Part shown: positions 26,628 through 39,639 of the stretch, piece by piece | Position numbering within the stretch: the first letter of the stretch is position 1 | Layout: each line of letters starts with the position of its first letter | Program-made: the position numbers and the translations under genes | The notes under the pieces: model-generated | Told to the model about the DNA's origin: nothing | What the model saw: only the letters and a program-made list of their open reading frames with translations | The model's database searches: none | NCBI GenBank assembly: GCA_951406725.2 | Contig: OX597815.1 | Location: 211,358,001-211,422,000, forward strand | DNA: 64,000 nt | From: Octopus vulgaris | Lineage: Eukaryota | Direction: 5' to 3'

Positions 26628-27039
26628 CGACAGGCTTCTTTCAGTTTCCGTCTACCAAATCTACTCAAGGCTTTGGTCAGCTCGAGGCTATAGTAGAAGA
26701 CACTTGCCCAAGGTGCCATGCAGTGGGACTGAACCCAGAACCATGTGGTTGGTAAGCAAGCTACTTACCACACAGCCACAGCAGTTTTTTGTCGGCAGCA
26801 AATAAAAGAATGCCGGCGTTACTTCAAAAATTTGCCAAAAACATTACCAATAATTAATAATATCAAGGTAAGAAAAATTTTAGAAATTTTTACTGCCAGT
26901 GGCCTAACGTGTAGAAAAATTAGTCAATAGACTATATATTATTCATATAAATACAGTGTACATTTAAACAAATAAGAGGTAACCATCACAGGATACCTGG
27001 CACGCTAGAAGGAATAGCCAAAATCTCAAACCACTATTA

Positions 27040-27875
27040 GGGATAAATTTCGAACGGAATGAAAAATAAAAACACTTACCATCTATCCCCACAAGCAAGC
27101 TACAGCTGAAGTACACGGGACCAGCAGGCAATTTAATTCCAGAGTTAGAGTCGGTGCGTGACTCGGGAGTCCACATGAGCAAAGACGCAACTTTCCATGT
27201 GCACGTTGCTCAGATGGCAACACTATGCAGGCGGGTGGCAGGTTGGATCTTTAGATCCTTCAAGACAAGGAACAATGCTTCTGCTTTGGAGAACCTTTGT
27301 CCTCAGTCATCTGGCCTACTGCTCCCAGCTGTGGTCCCCACAGAGCGTAAAACTAATTGCGGAACTAGAAGCGATCCAACGCCACTTCACAAAGAAGATA
27401 GACTCAGTAAAACACATGGGCTAGTGGGAGAAATTGAAGGAACTAGGACTCTGCTCCCTGGAGAGGAGACATGAGAGATATACAGTACTATACATGTGGA
27501 AGATAATGGAGGGTCTGGCTCCAAATTTCGGAGATGAAATTTACAATCACCCCCGAACTGGACGGAACTGCACAGTACCAAAAGTCCCATCTTCTCCATC
27601 GAAGATACAAACACAATATTGTAATAGCTTGGAATTCAAGGGACCGCAACTTTTTAATGCCCTACCACAGAACATCAGGGGAACATGGAAGTCTAGACAG
27701 CTTTTTATTTGCAATTCCGGATGAACCCACATCGCGGTAGGAGGTACGAAGAAGAGTGGCTACGTTCAAATCGCTACTTTACCAGAAGCAATACTAGAAA
27801 AATCCCCGGACGCAGTCAAGGCGGTGCACCAGCATGGCCTCAGTCTCTAGCTGAAGCCCATAAAAGATACAAGAT
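27040..27875 (+). mobile_element. Second CR1/L2-type LINE family, degraded 3' end
   Basis: VRDSGV, LAYCSQLWSP, LEAIQR, SLERRHERY, GPQLFNALP; tail GGCGGTGCACCAGCATGGCC. Confidence 0.85.
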
Positions 27876-27882
27876 ATCTGTT

Positions 27883-27950
<68 letters not shown>

Positions 27951-28028
27951 AATTAAGGACTGAACACGAAAAGGTGGACAGTCAACATGCTAGATATAGA
28001 CGTCAAATCGCCATTCACTCATAACAAA

Positions 28029-28090
28029 CTACGCTGACGAAGCTACAGATATCCTTGTGATATTAATAGCTGAAACTGTACGGTACGTAG
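28029..28090 (+). ncRNA. Minimal type I hammerhead ribozyme, copy 1
   Basis: Stem I CTACG/CGTAG; core CTGACGA; stem II AGCTA/TAGCT with inner GATATC/GATATT; GAAAC; near-palindromic loop TGTACG; GTA triplet with predicted cleavage after 28085. Confidence 0.85.
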
Positions 28091-28536
28091 GTGATTATTC
28101 CATTTCGTATATTTCTTTTGTCTCATCCATTGCTTTAGGTCGTGCTGAATTTTATTTTTATTTGAGAACAAAATCTTTGTGGTGAATGGCGATTTGACGT
28201 CTATATCTAGCATGTTGACTGTCCACCTTTTCGTGTTCAGTCCTTAATTGGTATATATAAATATTTTAATCTTCGGATTCTTTTTAATGTGCTAGACCAC
28301 TGGTTTTAATTGACTAATATCAATTTTTACCCTTAATTTTTAAATATGAAATATATGTTCTCAAACCGATAAATTGACTGCTGCTAATTATTAGCTGCAG
28401 GCTGGTTTTTCGATTATCAGCGCGCCAAAAGTAGAGGCATTTGAAAGATACATCCGAAAGTAATAGGTCGTACTTTTTGCACGCGGGACTCCGGTACCGT
28501 TTTTCATCTAGTACGGCATATTATGCTCATAACAAA

Positions 28537-28598
28537 CTACGCTGACGAAGCTACAGATATCCTTGTGATATTAATAGCTGAAACTGTACGGTACGTAG
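28537..28598 (+). ncRNA. Minimal type I hammerhead ribozyme, copy 2
   Basis: Identical to copy 1 at offset +508; predicted cleavage after 28593. Confidence 0.85.
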
Positions 28599-28843
28599 GT
28601 GATTATTCCATTTCGTATATTTCTTTTGTCTCATCCATTGCTTTAGGTCGTGCTGAATTTTATTTTTATTTGAGAACAAAATCTTTGTGGTGAATGGCGA
28701 TTTGACGTCTATATCTAGCATGTTGACTGTCCACCTTTTCGTGTTCAGTCCTTAATTGGTATATATAAATATTTTAATCTTCGGATTCTTTTTAATGTGC
28801 TAGACCACTGGTTTTAATTGACTAATATCAATTTTTACCCTTA

Positions 28844-28892
<49 letters not shown>

Positions 28893-29872
28893 CACATATA
28901 TATGCATATGTCAGTTTACATGGGAAAACGATGCAGTTATTAAGAAGAGTTAAAATTAATGCATACAAGATTTCACAGCTCTAGGATCACTCCTTTATAG
29001 TCAGCCTATGAAGCAGAATATAGCAGAGGAGGTCGACGAAGGAACATATGGTAAACCGGAAAAAACACACAACAGCTGTGGACACGCTCATCCACATGAA
29101 TTATCAAAAATCATCACAATTTCGACGCCTTATCGATAATATTGTTCAATCTGGCGGTGTCAACAGCCAAAAGCTGCTGGGCTTAAATTAACGAACATAA
29201 AGGGCCGACAAGTACAAATAAAGAGGGGATTCCTTGATGGAACAGTAGAAAGGGCGAATTATGAGGAGAGCGAGAAAATATATAAAACGATGAAAAAAAA
29301 TACAAAAACGAAACAATTATTTCTATAAATAGAAGGCATTTCGACTACACGGCAGAATTAGGGCATGTGCGGAAGTAACGCTTACGGAGAAGAATGTGGT
29401 CCTTTCGGACTTGTAGAAGTATATATAAGAACAAAACAGGATAAAGGTAGGCAAGACAAGTGCTGGAACTAAATATAAAATCTTAAACATGATCTGAAAA
29501 AGAAAAAGAAAAGAAAAAACCGATCAAGCCTAAAAGGATTATGTAGTTTTAGAAACAGGATGGTCTCATACACACATATCGTAGACATACAATGGAGTAC
29601 CTTTTTGACATAGAAAGGAATTTTGACATCAAGAGCTCAATAGTGTAATAGAGCAATCTACATATTCTTTTATTTGTTTCAGTCATTTGACTGCGGCCAT
29701 GCTGGAGCACCGATTTTAGTCGAACAAATCGACCCCAGAACTCATTCTTTGTAAGCCTTGTACTTATTCTATCGGTCCCTTTTGCCGAACCGCTATGTCA
29801 CGGCGACGTAAACATACCAACTTCAGTTGTCAAGCGATGGTGGGAGACAAGCATAGACACACAAGCACGCGT

Positions 29873-29914
<42 letters not shown>

Positions 29915-30334
29915 CGGTCTTCTTCCCGTTTTCGTCTACCAAATCCTCTTTCAAGGCTTTGGTCGGCTCGAAGCTATAGTAGAAGACACTTGCCCAAGGT
30001 GCCACGCAATGGGACTGAACCTGGAACCATGTGGTTGGCAAGCAAGCTACTTACCACACGTTTGCCAATTATGTATATATATATAACGGAGATATACTAA
30101 TCTGAGATCGTGTGCTGGAACGAAAACAATTGCAGCGTGGAAGGTGTTTATAAGCTATTTAAGAAACACAAAAACTATTAGATTCACTTCAACATTTAAA
30201 CGTCAACAATGTATTGAAATATTGAATCAAAGTCTTTTAATCTAATCTCTTGTCACATAAACTCAATCTTTTAGTGAGGAAGTAACCCAATCTTTTAATG
30301 GCATTTTTAACGGTGGTGAGATAACCAAAAAATA

Positions 30335-30388
<54 letters not shown>

Positions 30389-30864
30389 TGAAAAGGTACA
30401 CACTAGTTGATATATATGGGGGAAAATGTCACGACATATCCACCACGGTCTAAAAATAACACACAGGCAAATATTAAAAATGTTACATTCATGAGATTCC
30501 CAAGAATTCATTAAAAAACAGTCCCAATCACTGCTATAATCCACAACGAATCACTTTTAGGTCACATGACCATTTAACCTCCTACCACCCGCATTCCCTT
30601 ATTATTCTCCCTTCTCTTTCTCCTTCTTCGTCTTCTTCCTCTCCACCACCTCCTTCCTTACTTTACTACTATTGGTGTTTAGATTAACACCTACGTAAAT
30701 ATTATAAACAATAGATTCAAAAGAGATTTCTCAAGAATTCAATCACTACTACCATCCATAACAGGTCACTTTCAGGGCACTTGACCATCTAACATCCTAC
30801 TACTATCATGGCATTCCCGCATTCTTCAGCTCCCCTCCTCCTTCTTCTTCTCTGTTCTGGAGAA

Positions 30865-31779
30865 CAGCGATAATCTGCCCAATTTTCAAGAAAGGGAGCC
30901 GCGAAGACCCGCTTAACTACCGACCGGTTTCCCTTACATCAATAATCAGCAAGATGTTCGAAACCATCCTTAAGAAAAGTATGATGCTCCACCTCCTAAG
31001 CACAGCCTCGATCACTGATTCCCAACACGGCTTCGTGCCGAAGAGATCATGCTTGACCAACTTACTAGTAATGGAAGAATTGGTGACGCGCATCCTCGAT
31101 GATAGTGATGCTGTTGACATCGTTTTATTGGACTTTGCCAAAGCTTTTGACTCGGTAAACCACCGCCTACTACTTGTCAAGCTTCAAGCATATAGTTTCC
31201 ATCCGGATATTGTACGATGGGTTGGTGCCTTCCTCTCAGATCGCTTCTTCCAAGTTCAAGTTAATGGTTCGCGGTCCGACGTCTCCAGTGCGAGCAGTGG
31301 CGTGCCTCAAGGTTCAGTGCTTGTGCCCTTGTTGTTCTTAGTCTTCATAAATGACTTGCCCGACGACCTCACGCAACACACCCTTCTATTTGCCGACGTT
31401 ATCAAACTGGTCGCTCCTCGCGGTAGTATAGAGGATCTTCGTCGATGCCTCCACCAAATTTGGAAGTGGTCTAACGATTGGGACCTGTGTCTGAACGTGT
31501 CAAAGTGCTGTCATCTGCCTGTCGGCTCTACTCCTGCAACTCAACTCTCGAAAGAGCTGTTCTTCACTCCTGCTCCGGAGCGTCGGCTGCGGGGTCATTC
31601 CGAAATGCTCTACCTGCGACGATTTCATCTCAATCGAAGGAGAGGAGCTTTCTCCGTCCGGGTTGCGGATCCGTGGAACAAGCTGCCAGATGCGATGGTG
31701 AAGATTCCGACGACCGCTTTGTTCAAAGCCTCCCTGGACCTCAAGTGGCCTGAACTCTTTACTAACTAACTAACTAACA
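30865..31779 (+). mobile_element. CR1/L2-type LINE, 5'-truncated RT with an internal deletion and a (TAAC)n tail
   Basis: PIFKKG...NYRPVSL, QHGF, LDFAKAFD, GVPQGS, FAD(V), FS.RV...WNKLP. Confidence 0.92.
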
Positions 31780-32239
31780 TATGTCTTTCGTGGATGTAAC
31801 CACCGAGTAAGCATCATTAACGGAGCCCAAGGCATCCTGAGCGCTTCTGATGTTCTTGTAAGTCACTGCTTGGATGGCATTCGCCTCAGTTCGATATATT
31901 TATAGTGCTTTATCACATAATTATGATAAGATTTTCTCTCAGACATCGTCTAGGGGATCATGCCTTTCAGGTATGATACACAGAGGGATATTTCTCTATC
32001 TCGATCTTATATATATATATATATATATAAGATCGCCATGTTGATTCGCTAGCTTCTGCACGCATTTTTTTCTCTCCTTGTTTCTCTGTGTTTCTTTTCT
32101 GTGTATCTTTCTGTTGAAGAGCGTAGGCTCGAAACGTAAAAGACTTGTTTTATTTATATTCCTGAGCGCGATACTAATACTATTGTTTGTTTGTACTCCA
32201 CCTGCCTTCGTCTTTTGTTTATTTTTATAAAGCTTCCCG

Positions 32240-32274
<35 letters not shown>

Positions 32275-33295
32275 ATCATACGTCTTTCTCGGGTCATAAC
32301 CTCGTAAGGCCTGTTTCTCTGATCCACTGGACGTGATGCCGATTCATGTTTTTGCCAGTTGAGAGAAACTGGAGCAACATGAAATGAAGTGCTTTACTCG
32401 AGAACATAACGCATTGTGCGGTCCAGGAATCTTACGATGATGAGTGCAACACCCTAACGCGCCTCCACACACACACATGCCTAAGTGGAAAATAAAACAA
32501 CATAATCTATATTCGTTAATATTAAATCAAACACTATTGAATCTGCTGCAGATTTTAGGCTTCGATTACATTCTATGACACCAATGAAGAAAATGGTATT
32601 TGCAATAATTACACATCTACCATTCGTTGCAGACCACTCAAGTTAGCGTGAATGTCGTAAGAGAAGACGAAACCAGCTTTTGTTTCTTTTTCTTCTATAA
32701 ACTGAAAGAAAAAGCAAAACAAAGACAAAAAAAAACAGGAAACAAAATAAAACCAAATTCTGGTTGACTGAAAGTATCAAAATGCAAAATGTGTACTCAA
32801 ATTCCCTCATAAGAGTATCTGTAATTGATTAGCATTTTAAAGTGCTTGATCTCTGTGGGAGGTGGCTGATGAATATTCCAGTTAATACGTTGTAGTAAAA
32901 ACAATGCTATAAATTTTCTAGTGGCGCAGGTGTGGTTGTATGGTAAAAAGACCATGTTGGGCAAGTGTCTACTACAACGGTAGCCTCGGACCGATCAAAG
33001 GCTTGTGAGCGAATTTGGTAGACGTAAATTGAAAGAATCCCGTTATATATATATATAAGTCAAAGTAGAAAATGCTAGAATAATTTTATAAAAAAATATT
33101 TCAGTACCGGTTTCAGTCATTAAAACTTTTTCAAGTATGGAAAAAAATTTAATTTTGGAAAAATTAAAAAGAAAAGTTTTTAAAAAGAATATTTGCATAG
33201 TATTCAAATACAAGGGGTCATTTTCCTTGTTTCTGCCTGTCTGTTTCTCTTGTTTACTCTTGTGGGTTCGAGGCCGTTGTGAATTCTTATCAGAG

Positions 33296-33475
33296 AAGTT
33301 AGTTAGTTAGTTAGTTAATTTGGCTCAAAAGCAAATAGCAAGGCCATGTAGGGGGACATGGAGTTAAGTACAGGGTGGTGTTCATGTAAAGAGTTCAGGC
33401 CACTTGAGGTCCAGGGAGGCTTTGAACAAAGCGGTCGTCGGCATCTTCACCATCTCGTCTGGCAGCTGTTCCACG
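33296..33475 (-). mobile_element. 3' stub of the same LINE family
   Basis: Reverse complement of about 46255-46430, including the tail. Confidence 0.88.
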
Positions 33476-34097
33476 GATATGTTCCCCTCCAACAGATAGT
33501 GAACAGTTAATAATACATTCACTGATATTGCGGAAAGCTTGCCGAGTTGAAATGAAATCAGTGTGCGCAATAGAAATAGAATCAAATTAAAATAACCATC
33601 CTGTGTACCACACTAAGTGTATATACATCATTGAAAGGCATGATGCTGTGGATTTTGTATCTGGATCAGTAAATATTTGCTAGTCAGATGGATGGGAGTT
33701 TGAATGATTGTGTCTGTGTAGGTTGTGGCAATAAGGTCGTCAAATTGAGCTTTGATTGTTAACATTTGAGCGGAAATGAAGAATTGTCTTGGCTTAAATG
33801 AGGAGATTTGTTTTTAAGAGTACAAATATAGCTATATGGTGTATGTCGGAACGATAGAAAAAGTCATAAAAGGTTTTGAGTTTTAGCATTATTTTACAAT
33901 TTTCAAGATTTAAACTTACATCGTCGAATTGTGCAAAGGATAAGATAAAAGATGATTTATTTGATTATCAACAGAGATTATGTCATTGCGATGCTGAAAG
34001 AGATGAAATCATCTTGTCTCGATTGTAGGTTATTTCGAGGTCCCGGTTCATAAAGATGAACAGAAGTTTAGTTTGTAGTGTTAAAGCTGTTTGTGAA

Positions 34098-34138
<41 letters not shown>

Positions 34139-35737
34139 AGTATTTGGAGTAGGGGGCCTAAGGGGCAAGATACAGTAAAGGAAATGTGGTGTTGAGAAAA
34201 GCAGGATGTGTTGGGTGGCCCACTGTAGAACGTGTGTGAGAGAGAGAGAGAGAGAGAGACAAACAGACAGACAGACAGACAGAGACAGACAGGTGTTGAA
34301 AGAATCAGATCTTCACTGATAGTTACAGAGTTAAAAGCTATCGAGTTTTTCTAATTTCTGTTATAATAGGATATTTACTTCAACTTATATTGTTCAACAT
34401 TGAGGGAGGGATAACTGAAATAAAGAGCAGCGGACATAATACATCCCGGTGCTTCGTTAGAGATTTTGTATTCCGCACTCAAATCCTACCAAAATCGTCT
34501 GACCCTTTCACCTTTCCAAGGATCAATAAAGTAAGTACTAGCTAAGTTCTGGTCATTTTAGTCCATTATTGCATAAAGTTTAATTTCCATTCGACTATTA
34601 CAATTAAATATCAAGGCATGACGGTGTGGTTAAATTCGTTTTGTAGTCACATAGTTTCGGGTTCAATCCCACTGTGTGGCACCTTGGGTAGGAGTTCTCT
34701 ACTATAGCTCCGAGCAGACCAAAGCCTTGTGTGTGGATTTGATAGAGAGGAACCGCGTGGAAACCTATCGTGTGTATTTTTATACATAACGGCGGTGCAT
34801 CAGCATGGCCGCAGCTCTGAGCTGAAACTAGAGAAAGAAAAAAAATACATGTATCTGTGTGTGTGTGTGTTCTCTGCTACCGCTTGACAACAGGTGTTAG
34901 TTTGTTTATGTCCCCGTTACTGAGCAGTTTAACAAAAAAGACCGATAGAATAAGTACCAGACTTTAAAACAAGTGCAAATTTTAATTCGTTCGACTTAAC
35001 CCTTCATCGCGGTGCCCCGGCATGGCCGCAGTCTAATGACTGAGACAAATAAAAGATAAAGAGTATAGAGAAGAAGAACTCATAAAGTATGATGATAAAA
35101 CAGTTCGTATTTATGAAAAATTAATGTGTGAACAGTCTTTAATCATAATACAGGTACACCATCGACCTGCTGGAACCTTTAGTTGCAAAGCCTGTCCAGG
35201 TTACTGGTTTTCCCGAACCAGATGTTGTTACCTTGGTCAACAAACTTGAACGAAATACAGGCACCTGTATATTAGTGCAAATTTGTGAGGATTTAGTGGG
35301 GGGGTTTTTGGTATTTTTTGTGTTTTGTAGTTGTTTTTTTTTTTTGCGCGGGTGTTACTTCCATTCGGCTTCCATGCCTATTCTCACCAATGGTCATAAA
35401 TATTAAATGTTGGGCAATAAACGAAAGATTACAATCACCGAATAGGTGGACAGTAATTATATACTAATATATGAACTGAACTGACTAGAATGTGAAAACA
35501 GTATCGTTCTTTCACCTTTTATGCTTTACTTATTTCAGTCATTTGACTGCGGCCATGCTGGTGCACAGTCTTGAAAAAATTTTGTCGAACATATCGACAC
35601 CAGAACATTTTTTAAAGCTTACTACTTATTCTATCGATCTCTTTTGCCGAGCCGCTAATTTGCGGGGACGTAAACACATCAAACCCAGTTGTCAAGCGCG
35701 GTGGTGGGTCACAAACATATACAAACACACATGCATG

Positions 35738-35788
<51 letters not shown>

Positions 35789-35880
35789 TCCCTTAAGGGT
35801 TAGCCACATTTAAGTGGCAAATATACTTCACGATATCATGTAGCTACTGTTTATACCTCGCTCAGAGATTTATTATTGCT

Positions 35881-35914
<34 letters not shown>

Positions 35915-37254
35915 ACGTTTATATGTTGGCTAAACTGGCAAAATGACCATTCCGAAATATAATAATAATATATATATATATACACACGCGCACAAAAGGC
36001 GGGCTTCTTTCAGTTTTGGTCTAGCAAATCCACTCACAAGGTTTTGGTCAGTCCGAGACTATAGTAGAAGACACTTGCTCAAGGAACCATGTGGAACCAA
36101 TCGGGAACCATGTGGTTGGGAAGCAAGCTTCTTCCCACATGGCTATGCCTATGTGAACAGTATTAGAAATTGAAATAAAATACTTCGTTCGGGTTATATA
36201 ATTTCTGTGGCTGCCTTGTTTTGAAGGACACTATGATGTATTAATAGATTAATAGATTTTTATCCCTGCCCTGAAACATGTGAAACTTTAGAAATCATTA
36301 TTTAAATAACATGACAATAAAATGTACAAAAAACATCAGTAACGTGAAGAATGTTTTGTTTGCGTCTGAGTAATTTTCAAGATTTGTGAACTTCGGTATA
36401 TTTCTGACTACATCACATCTTTGTCTTTTTATGTTTGTCATTTCTTGTTGTAAATATTCATTGGAGAAATATCTGGTCAATGAATAATAATGTTCACCAT
36501 AGGCTATGGCCCATTTCATAGGTAAACGTACAGGCAGTGAAGAGGAAGTAAAAGAGTAGAAAGAGTGAGCGAGAGGTAGTAGAAGGAGCGAGAAGTGGAG
36601 AAATAGAGAGAGAGAGAGAGAGGGGGATGGAGAAATGTAAGGGAAAGTAAATGTATGTTTTAATAATCAAATACTGAAAAGGAATGGACACAGGGTTTTC
36701 AAGAACGTTGTCAGTATCATTATTTGCTAAACATCTGTTAGTTCCCTTCCTCTTCCCTCCCACTACCACCACCACCGACATCACCATCACTAAAAAAAAA
36801 AAAAAATTGGCAGATGTGTACCCAGCCTGGTGCCACCCCTGACTGTCTGCTATCTTCTGATGTAATTGTATAAACAGTGAGTTATGAACTGGGGGTCAAA
36901 CTAACAGTCACAGAAGAAAACGTGGTGACTGCTTCGGCAGCACATAACCACATGCACACATGTATGTATACAGTTACATACACATAAACTCGCACGAACA
37001 CACACACACACACACACACATGCACACACACACACACACATGCACGCATACACAAACACGTCTTAGCAAGCGTGAACACATATATGAAACATAAGCGTGT
37101 AAGATGTAGGTATACACAGAAATATATATGTTTATATTAATTTTTACATATGTTATATATACACGCTCGCGAGCACATACAGTGTATGCTCTATGTATAT
37201 GAACTAGAAAGACCCTTGTGCGCCGAGTATCATAAGAATAGGCTCCAGGCTGAG

Positions 37255-37665
37255 GCAGAACGCTCATGTAGCATTTACAGTGAGTGTCCATTGCGTGGTC
37301 AATGCATGACAGAAGCAATGGTCTACGAAGCAGAGCTGGTGTCGCCCAACAACAACGGAGTGTCATACATACAGAAATAAAGGAATCCTTTAAGATCAAG
37401 CTTTAAGATTCCAAGACAAGAGCAATGTGGGAACATTAACCAGCTATGTACGGGCGATCAAAAGAGGGAGCAACACCATACAAAATTAACTGGAAAAAGA
37501 ACGATGTAAATCACGCTTGAATAGAAGGAGTTGCAAGCTTTGCAGGGTGGCCGAAGAACCATCCTAAAACTTTACACAAGCCGGGTACTTTCCTGAACTC
37601 AAAAAGCGAAATATTCGGTTGCTGCCATCACAAGCGAAAACATCTTTTGACAACATGGACTAGTA
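37255..37665 (+). mobile_element. Penelope-like GIY-YIG endonuclease remnant
   Basis: CPLRGQCMTEAMVYEAEL...SYI, later CKLC and LNSKSEIFGCCHHKRKHLL. Confidence 0.7.
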
Positions 37666-38024
37666 AACAACATACATGTACGCACAATTGATATGGTTCA
37701 ACCATGGCTGACATCAATCCATAGGAAATATCTTTTCTTTTCCCCCAGGAAAATATAATTTTTCACAAGGTTTCGTTCCACTTCTTTCTACCAACCAACT
37801 AGGGTCTATATATATCTCTAGTGTAAAAGAAAAAAAAAAAAAAAGGCTAAGTATTTCCAGCCACCGTGTCTGTAGAGTTATCAATATTGTCAAGAGCAAT
37901 TGTTAGCGTGACCAATTATGTGCCAAAACCAGTAATATACTGTTGGGCGATATAGGTTTTGTATTATTGATTCTACTAGAGAATGGTCCGGGTAATTCGG
38001 GCCTACATAGAGCGTCATACGTAC

Positions 38025-38185
38025 AGAAATATATCGAGGCAACGGAGCAACCCTTTAAGGCCATGTTGAATAATCACAGATCCTTTTCTAGATTTCAAGA
38101 GAGGTGCAATATTACAACGTTAACCAGCGATGTAAAGCCATTAAGAGAGGAAGCAACACCATACAAAATCCCGAAATCGTAGTGA
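38025..38185 (+). mobile_element. Second Penelope-like GIY-YIG fragment
   Basis: YIEATEQPFKAMLNNHRSF...TTLTS resembles YIG.T...FK.R..NH..SF....T.LS. Confidence 0.55.
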
Positions 38186-39639
38186 TCAACAATTGACACG
38201 TAATAAACCACTGTCCAAGTAATTTCCATAAAATTACATCTTAACACATTAATTTGCCGAATATATCTTTTATATTTGCTTTTAGGCATTGAACTGTGCT
38301 CATGCTGGGGCACTGCCTTGAAGGATTTAATCGAACAAAACCCTTGTACTTATTTTTTGAAGGTCTGGTGCTTATTCTATCAACTCTTATTGCTGAACCA
38401 CTAAGTTATGGAAACGTAAATAAATCAACACCGACTATCAAGTGGTGGGGCACATACACCAACAAACACATATATACATATGCACTACGGGGTTCCGCAC
38501 AGATTTTGTTCTACCAAATTCACTCAAAAGGCACTGGTCTGTCCGAGGCTTTAGTAGAAAATACTTATTCAAGGCGCAGTGGAGTGGAAATGAACTCGAA
38601 AGCACATGGTTGCAAAGCGAGTTTCTTAACCACACAACCATGCCTACATCATGCTTGGGTTTATGCTCAGGATCTAATCATGCGTATTGACTATTTGCAA
38701 TTACCAATTCTTTTTAAACTTTGCCGTAGAAGCTGAATTTTTTACTTGGATTATTAAAAGTTTTGGAGAGAGAGAGAGAGAGAAGTGGAGATAGAGACAA
38801 ATATTCAAGAGAGCCAGAATTTGAATCATTAAAGGGACCTGGAAAGTTTCTGACGATATCTTCATTTCAGAAATTGATAAACAGGATGAAGACCGGAAAC
38901 AAAATGTGGTTCTGGGATGCTGAGCATTTTGAAGAGAATATACATTGAAATGAAAAGCAAAGGAATAACATGCGTAGATCAAATTTTATAAAGAAATCAT
39001 GTGCACATTTCTAAAATTTTAGCAAGTACTTGTCGAAATTGTATAACTTAGGGAAGAGGTTTGATCTTATATTTAGGTAATTCACGGAATTGTTGGTGTT
39101 TGTTTAATATTAGTCTTTTTGTAACTGTTCACAAATTGTACTTTTTTATTCCATTAGTGTATAATTCATATCTATCTAGGATTTTCCATTCGATGTCAAA
39201 ACCATTATGAAGCGTTATTCGATACCAGATACAGTTTGTCTATATTGTTGTACTCTTTTTATACATGTTTGAGGTTATGCAGTGTTTATGCTCAATGGTA
39301 TGGTATGGTTTAGAAGAGCTGATATCTGCTTTAATATATTACAGCTTCTGCATTGCTTAATGATTGAGTGTTTCTGTATAGGTGCTTCTGGAAGTGTAGT
39401 TAGCCACTGTTAAAACAATGGGGGCATCATTTAATGTTTCTTTTCCTTCTAAGGTAGTAGGATATAAGGAAAGCATACCTGCTATTTCTAGCAGGCTGAA
39501 TGACATGATAGAAGCTTCTTCATTGAATCATCACGTAAAGAGAGAAACAGGTCTGGATCTTCAAAAAACAAGACAGATGTAGAAACTCTCCTCATTGGCT
39601 CGAAGAGTATTTATTTAATAGCAATGTGTCACGATTCAG

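Larger units (their letters stand above)
27946..28847 (+). mobile_element. Non-autonomous Penelope-like pLTR / retrozyme-like element
   Basis: 322-bp direct repeats at 28018-28339 and 28526-28847. A 5' segment (about 27946-28018) is the inverse of about 28182-28255. Each repeat carries a hammerhead, and both ends sit in (TA)n. Confidence 0.75.

Noticed and set aside
28018-28847. Direct repeats read as a CRISPR array or as LTR retrotransposon LTRs
   Set aside because: The DNA is eukaryotic, there are only two long units, and there are no TG...CA ends, PBS or PPT.
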